Assembly (NCBI RefSeq): GCF_006345805.1
Contig: NC_043012.1
Span: forward strand, 18,290,001 to 18,354,000
Direction: 5' to 3'
DNA from: Octopus sinensis
Lineage: Eukaryota
DNA: 64,000 nt
Below are positions 56,528 through 64,000 of this stretch, piece by piece (position 1 is the first letter of the stretch; each line of letters starts with the position of its first letter). The position numbers and the translations under genes are program-made. A model generated the notes under the pieces. The model saw nothing but the letters and a program-made list of their open reading frames with translations. It ran no database searches and was not told where the DNA came from.

Positions 56528-57569
56528 TATATATATATAATATATAATATATACATATGTATATATATATATAGAGAGAAAGATATGTAGATCTATCGGT
56601 AGATAGATAGATAGGTAAATAAATAGATGTCCCTACCTGTACCCCTTTTTTTCCCCTTACCAAACACAGCGAAAACACCCTAGAGGGAGGTTTGTTGTGC
56701 TCCAATTGGGTTTCGGCTTTTGCCCGAATTTCTGTTCCGAAAAACACTACCATATACCCCATATACCCCACCTGAACTGCAGAAAAAAAATATACTTAAA
56801 ACAACTCCCAGGAGGTTTCCAATTCTATTCTAAAAGTGATCAGAAAGCCTGTTGAGATTTTCGTAATACACGTTGTTTAATTTTAACCCTGGTGGGACTT
56901 TGTGATTTCTTTCGGAAGGCTGACTACAGTTTCAAACTCAAAATTTGCTAAACGTTTCATCTATCGTAAAAAAAAAAATGTTTCAAATTTAGAGATTTCC
57001 TATTTGACATTCAGTGTATTTTTATTCGTGTTTCTCCCTGAAAACTTAATTGTGTGCATAGCGATCTTGTTGTTATCGTTGTTATTGTTGTTGAAGTTAT
57101 TGTTGTTGTTACTATTATTGTTGCAGTTGCTGCTGCTGCGGATGAGATTTTTACTTAGTTGAATTAAGCTCTACTGTGTTTTCGCTCTGTTCGTGCATGT
57201 TATTAATATTTTCCGTATCAATTAAATTAGCATTCTATTTTTTACTTGTTTTCTACGTAGGAAATTCATTATTTTGTATATTTACTATTTTTTTAAAGAG
57301 CTTAGCGTGAAATTATTTCGTACATTTACAATTTTTTAAGAGCTTAGCGTGAAATTTTCATGGTAATTTTTTTGTCAATGGCGTGAGAAAAAAAAATCGA
57401 AATTTGTCTAAAAGTAAACACAAACCACTTTTTGTTTATTTATTTGTTCTGCAGCTCTTGTAAAGCGAGATGACAAACTGTAAAAAGTTATATGTAGGCG
57501 AGCACTTTCGTTCAAAACTAAATACCATGTCTACATCAACAGCAGTGAAAAATGATAAAAGCGACAGCA

Positions 57570-57700
57570 GCAATAATGATAATAATAATAATAATGATGA
57601 TGATGATGATGATGATAATGAGGATGATGATGATGATGAGGAGGAGGAGGATGACGATGATGGTGATGATAATAATAACAACAACAACAACAACAACAAC

Positions 57701-57754
<54 letters not shown>

Positions 57755-57755
57755 C
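57570..57755. repeat. Compound (AAT)/(GAT)/(GAG)/(AAC)n microsatellite
   Basis: Read directly; a similar (GAT)n tract lies at 47895-47995. Confidence 0.95.
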
Positions 57756-58358
57756 ATTTCTACTGGAGGCACAAGGCTTCAAATTTTGTGGGGAGGGAAC
57801 TGGTTGATTACATCGACACCCAGGACTTAACTGTTCACTATTTTATTGACCCCAAAAGAATAAAAGGCAAAGCCTGCCAAAAATCAGAACAGAAAGACGG
57901 AGGAGATGCCGCTAAGAATATTGTCGCAAATACTGTGTGAATAGAAATACAATTAAATACGGATTATGTACAACACGCGCACGTGTTAGCATATAAAGTA
58001 ATTACTATACTTTATTAATTTGTACTGATGTACATCTATATATATGCAGGTATACGTATGTTGCTTATGCATAATGTACATACACACATACGCACATACA
58101 CAAAGACGCATGGATATCCTTTCCTTTTTTATATCTTTCAGACATTTGACCGCGGCCATGCTGTAGCAACACATTTAGTTGAGCAAATCGACCCCAGATC
58201 TTATTCTTTGTAAGCCTGGTACTTATTATATCGGTATCTTTTGCCGAACAGCTAAGTTATGGGGACGTAAACATATCAGCATCGGTTGTCAAGCGATGGT
58301 GGTGGGGTCAAATACAGATACACGTAAACACAGACACACATATGTATATATATATATA

Positions 58359-58530
58359 TCTATATATAAAACTGAAATGTGTTTTTACCGCTTGGATCGC
58401 TTTCAATGCCACTACGGCCCGTCCGATTCGCTCCAAAATTTACAGGGACATGTAGAATGAGGTGACGATGCCAGTGGGCTACCTTAGAAATCCCTATCTT
58501 AAAAGGTGTGGTTGCTAGGGGCCATCTTCC
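58359..58530 (+). mobile_element. Probable non-autonomous Helitron 5' portion
   Basis: Starts tctatatataaaactgaaatgtgt inside (TA)n and contains ccgattcgctccaaaattt, similar to the motif in the 41616 element. No 3' CTAG end was found. Confidence 0.45.
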
Positions 58531-58939
58531 TCACTCACGCTATTTCCTATATTACCCTCTCACTCCTCTTCATTTAGTCCACTCCCGTTATTTAATGTAA
58601 GAACATTTTCACTCACTCTATCTCTTAGCGTCCCATAATTTTTACTCATGTATCTCTATATAGAGAAACAAATCTTCCATCGCCAACGCCACCGCATTCT
58701 ATTGTCTACCTGTCAACGCGCCCATCGACCAAATACAAACAGAACACACCAACGAGCGTTTATATACATGTGTGTGTGTGTGTTCTATATATAAATATGT
58801 ATATATACAAAGTGTATATATCTGTATTTATGTATATTAAACTTTTTAATACTTTTTGATAGTTACGTAAAGGGAACTGGTTGCTTCTTTACACTTTTTG
58901 GGTGAAACTTGGGTGCGAGACAGATAATTTTCTCTGTTA

Positions 58940-59500
58940 ATTACGTGACCAACAGGGGTCTAACAGGGGGAAATTATGACTCAACGAATGCAGCTCTATA
59001 ATATTCACCTGCAAGCATCGTTCAATAAATCTATTTTCAAAATACCAATAATAACAACCCCACAAGCGTTGTTTTCTCCCTAACCTTAATAGACTTTCCT
59101 TCTTATCTACTCCCACTACCACCATACATTAGACCAACAATATATCACCCTTTTAATGCCTTTACTGACAATTACACATTTCTATCCGTACTTTTCCTTA
59201 GCATTAAAAAAAGAAATCTTTTTATTTAAACTGCCAACCCCTCCTATCTTCTCACTCCGTAAACTTACAAGTACATATGGCAATATACACCTCCAAAACG
59301 TATTATTCTAAACACTGTCACCACACACTATAGACATTCCTCTACTGAAAAAAAAAACTTTGAATAGTCGCCACAATTCTTCTTCTCTTTTTCTTACTTT
59401 CTTAATGTATACACATTTTCCTTTTTCCCCTTGAACAACAACACCCCCACCCTCTTCTCTCCATATTTTTATATAAAATTAGAATTATTATATTTCTAAG
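58940..59500 (+). mobile_element. Possible Penelope-like 3' end relic
   Basis: KL*LNECSSIIFTCKHRSINLFSKYQ* resembles the terminal LLN....E....CRH..K.L of PLE ORFs, followed by a C/A-skewed UTR. Confidence 0.35.
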
Positions 59501-60722
59501 TCTCTCAGAGAGATTTATACAGTAGCAGCACGATAAAGTGATAGTTTATTGCCAACTAAATGTGGCAGTCCCGGGAAATGGAAGGATGCTACGGCTATTT
59601 AGCTCCAAGAAACACCGTTTCTAGTTGGCTACGTGACACATGCGTTCTGTATCCTTGAGACTTCAAACGGGAGAGATAAGTACCTCCACACAACAAAGCA
59701 AGCAAACAGAGAATAGTTTCAGTGCAGTTGCCCTTCATCAAACTGAAGTAGCCTGTGTTTGTGTAAGCCTGTGTTTATGCTCGCCTACCCGGTTGGCAAA
59801 CGATGTTGCTATATTCGTGCCCATGTCACAACGCAATGGCAAGAGACCGTTAGAATATCTATCACATTTTAAAAGATATGCATTTTGGTACCGATTGGAT
59901 CAATCAAATTATACGCACTATAACCTCTGGGCCTTGCTGCAGCATGGTAACTGTCCAAAGACTGAAGCAAGTGAATGAATTATAGAAATGCAGATTGTTA
60001 TTGAGATATTAGCTAATCTGCAGCGCAGATATTTGCAAATAAGGGTTGCATACTTTATCTTCAAATTCTCAGTAATCCTTTGTATTACTTTGATGTTTAT
60101 AGCAATATCCTGTTTATGACAGATCTGTTGTTTTAATAGAAGAATCATTTGAAGGAGTACACAATGGTCAGATAAATGTAAGAAAGATTTTGCAGGCATA
60201 AAATCCACCATATCTGTTACATAGGAAATACATCAGGTAGTGCCTCAAACATGGAAATCGCTCTTGTGATGGAGCAGTTGGAGAGTGTAGATTCATAGGA
60301 TTGCCTTTTCCTAGGGATATATCGCAGACTCAAGTTAGCTGCATATTCAATATTGCGTTGAAAGCAATGGTGCGCGTGTACTAACCGATGTATACAACAT
60401 CGAACCAAGTTAGTACCAACAAAGGTGATCTCAGGAGAAATATACGCTCTGTGAGCAGCAGCAAGCAGCACCACCATCGTCATCAACATCCCCCCTCCTC
60501 CTTCTCCTCCTCCTCCTCATCATCATCATTATCAACACCTTCGTTATCATTATCATTTTTTTCCCCTTTTCTATCTCATCCTGCCATGTCTCTGTCTCGT
60601 CGTTCCCTCTGCAAGAAATTGGCTCTTTTCTGACCTGGAAATGGTTGCGCACCTCCGTCTCAAATACCCACATGGTGTCTCTTGAATTCCATCAACACAC
60701 ACACACACAGACACAGACACAG

Positions 60723-60769
<47 letters not shown>

Positions 60770-60781
60770 AATACAGACACA

Positions 60782-60815
<34 letters not shown>

Positions 60816-61634
60816 TACAGACACAGACACACAGACACACACACACACACAGACAACACACACACACACACAAACGCACAAAAAGAGTGAATATTATAGT
60901 TGATTGCATTATGTGCATTAGCTGCATGACAGATGTAACTTTCAGTGTTTTATTGGGGGTCGGGCATTGTATTCACAGTTAAAAACATTAAAATTCACAT
61001 TACCGATGACGAGAATGGAAACAGCCTCCCATCCGATTTTGATTGCATCGCAAATCTAGGAACCTAACGTGTCTGGTTGCTGTCCGTTTCCTCATTTTCG
61101 ATCAGCTATACATTTGTAAAACTGTTTTCAGAATAGTGAATAGATACCAAAAGAGAGATGGCGAGCAATATACTTACTCACATACACACACGTACACACA
61201 GACACACGCGCACACACACGGGTACACACACACACACACACGGGCACACACACACACAAGCACTCACATACACATACACACACGGCTAGTTCTAAAATCT
61301 CTACACGAGATATAAGTAATAACAATAGTAGACGGTAACGTTTTATTATCACTAAAGCATGGCTATTCAATACAGAACTGTGTTACTAAATTTTAACTCC
61401 AGGAAAACGTTTTTTTCCACCTGGTTAACGACACAAAACATGTGTGAGTAAGAGAGAAAATCGCTATCCTCCAGCTTAACAAGACCAGCAGTCCATGGTT
61501 TCTGGGTCTTTACTCGTTATCGGTACTGGGTACCTGCCTGCTAGGGAAAGCAGTCAATCCCTTACTCACAATATATCGGACACAGATTCCTAGACACGAT
61601 TCCTAGAACAGCCAGGTGGCAAAGAAATGTTACT

Positions 61635-61706
<72 letters not shown>

Positions 61707-62116
61707 TATATTATCTATTTCTTTCATATATTTGTCTACCACCATGCTAAGGCAGACCATTGAAGTTGATTATGCCAAACAAATCATTTCAGTACTTGTT
61801 TCTTTTTTTAAACTGGTACTTATTCTAGTCGATCTCTTTTAACGAACTGGTAGGTCACGGGAAAGCATATACTTTAACACTAGTTGTCAAACACACAGAG
61901 AAAGACACACTCATACACACACAAATACAAACACACACTCGTACACATACACTGCGCGTTTGTTTCGGTTTCTGTCTTCCAAATCCAATCACAAGGTTTG
62001 AACCGGCCAGAAGCTACAGTAAAACATACTTGTCCAAGGTAACACGATATGAAACTGATCCCGGAATCCTGTCATTCGGATGCAGTTTTCTTACTACACA
62101 GCTTGGTCTGTGCCTA

Positions 62117-62168
<52 letters not shown>
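62117..62168. repeat. (TATC)n microsatellite, 5' flank of LINE copy 3
   Basis: Read directly. Confidence 0.95.
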
Positions 62169-62169
<1 letters not shown>

Positions 62170-64000
62170 GAGAAACTGGTCGACAAGGCGCAAACATGCG
62201 CCGTGCCAGGCCGGACCATCCATGACAACCTCCATCTGATGCGCTACATCATAGACAGGGTAGTTAACGAACCTGGCATGGGTGGGGCCCTGATCAACTT
62301 GGATCAATCGAAAGCCATTGATAGGGTAGACCATCGATACTTAGAGGCAGTCCTGAGAGCGGCTGGTTTCGGTCCCGTCTTCCGCGGCTGGATAGCTGCC
62401 TTGTACAGAAGCATCCGTTCGGTAATTCGCGTAAATGGACATCTATTGAGACCTTTCGACATTGCACGTTCGGTCCGTCAGGGATGCCCCCTCTCGGCGC
62501 TTCTATACGTATTGACTCTTGAGCCACTACTGCGGAAGCTGGCGACTCTAAGGGGCATCCCGTGAGAATTGGGATGCGGGACGAGCGTGTCTGCATACGC
62601 GGACGACGTCACCGTCATAGTGTCTAGCCACGAGCACATCGAGCTGGTCGGCGAGACACTGAAAAACCACGAAGCGGTGACAGGAGCGAAAATCAACCGG
62701 GAAAAGTCAGTGGGCTTGCGACTAGGCACCTGGAGAAGCAAGCCCATGCCGTCCACCAGCGCCTCCGTCGTGGGACGCTGGACCGACGGCCCGGTTGAGT
62801 TCTCGGGGTCTGGTTTGGTCCGGACCTCCAAGTGGAGAAGAACTGGAACGAGATAACGAGTAGGGTGGTCACTCTCGCCCGGCAATGGCCGAGAGGAAAC
62901 TGTCCCTAAAAGGTCGAGCGGAGGTGGCGAACACGTACATCGCGTCCGTCATCTACTACCGCCTGACCGTCGTACCTTGTCCCGACCCTACCATCACCAA
63001 ACTACAACGCATCCTCTTTCGCTTCTTGTGGAAAGGATGCGTCCCGATGGTCAGGCGATCCATTTGCTGTCAACACCCGTTAAAAGGAGGGCTGGGCATG
63101 CCGTGGTTGATGATGCGCAGACATGCGCTGAGACTGCGACATCTCTGGCTCTATGTAGACGACGGTGAACAGGTGTGGTCGCCGTTTGTGAGACACGCTT
63201 TCCCGCAGCTCATCTCCATGACTGAACTGCAATCGTGGATCAAAAAGAGGCCAAGGAAGGGCGAATGGCACCGCGAGTGACGCATTGCTCTCAAGTAACT
63301 CTGCCGTCCTGGGTCAACCTTGAGTGACTCCATCACAACCAAAGCATTCTATAGGGGATTAGTGGAGGGGAGGTACGACGACGAGCTCAGGGCGAACCTA
63401 GACGTCGACGAGGAATACATGACCCGCCTTTTCGGGACGACTTTCGGGCCAGGGCCCATGGACAACTTCCAGGGATCCCTGGCCTGGCGGTGCTACCGAG
63501 AAGCGCTACCCGTTCGGGATAAGCTCTACAGACACGGCTCGAGAAACACGGGGCCGACCTGCCCGAGATGCGGTCAGAGCGACGAAACCGTTCTGCACGC
63601 ACTCGTTCAGTGTCCAACAATTTCCGACCTGTGGGCTTATGTCGAACAACTGCTGTCACGTGTGGGACGAGTCGGTTTATCAGCTGAGTCTATCGTCAAT
63701 ATTGTCACGCCTCCTTCCTTCAAACGGGAAGGAAGAGCTATTTCCATCATCCTTGTGGCTATGGCGAAAGAATGTATCTGGTGGACGCGTCTGAAAGGAT
63801 TGGAGACAAACACTTTCCTCTCTGGTCAATCTATCATCAACTTCTTCAAGTACCACTTGAAAAGGAAAGTGAGAGTAGAGAGGCAAGTTTTGTCTAGCGA
63901 ATGTTTTAAAAAAAGATGGGTGAATGTAGCAAGAATGGCACGTATGAATGACGAAGCCACCTTGAGCATAGTCCTATGAACCCAGAAATCGAAAACAGAG
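62169..64000 (+). mobile_element. L1/Tx1-clade LINE copy 3: 5'-truncated ORF2 (RT plus CCHC), defective, continues past the window end
   Basis: QTCAVPGRTIHDN, LDQSKAIDRVDH, VRQGCPLSALLY, AYADDVT, KINREKS, LSLKGRA, GGLGMP, CPRCGQSDETVLHALVQC. Stops at 62563, 63278 and about 63296; frameshifts near 62800 and 62885. Confidence 0.95.

Noticed and set aside
57470-57940. 156-aa N/D-rich ORF
   Set aside because: Microsatellite fused to an antisense SINE.
62080-63979. Intact or domesticated reverse transcriptase gene
   Set aside because: 5'-truncated, with at least three stops and two frameshifts; the ORF start at 62080 lies in SINE/microsatellite sequence.

Overview
AT-rich, microsatellite-saturated eukaryotic (animal) non-coding DNA. 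The SINE families resemble, from memory and not from a search, those of octopod cephalopods (Octopus). No host gene is firmly supported; there is one weak candidate terminal exon at 37359-37523 (-). Most listed ORFs are microsatellite translations. The interpretable content is transposon-derived: three young, near-identical, defective 3' portions of an L1/Tx1-clade LINE (40.8, 42.0, 62.2 kb), all in the same orientation at (TCTA)n/(TA)n microsatellites; three old Tx1-type APE endonuclease relics; R4/Dong-like RLE fragments around an (AAT)n tract; RTE fragments; Penelope-like RT and GIY-YIG relics; Tc1, mariner and DD37D/maT transposons; non-autonomous Helitrons; and many SINEs. Best lead: a (TCTA)n/(GATA)n-microsatellite-targeting Tx1-like LINE whose last 33 nt match (27/33) the tail of a SINE subfamily. 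That SINE tail joins the same internal SINE position at two separate loci, suggesting a target-specific LINE/SINE partnership. Several striking palindromes are also present: a 221-bp foldback, an 80-bp TA-flanked mini-foldback and a 70-nt pre-miRNA-sized hairpin.
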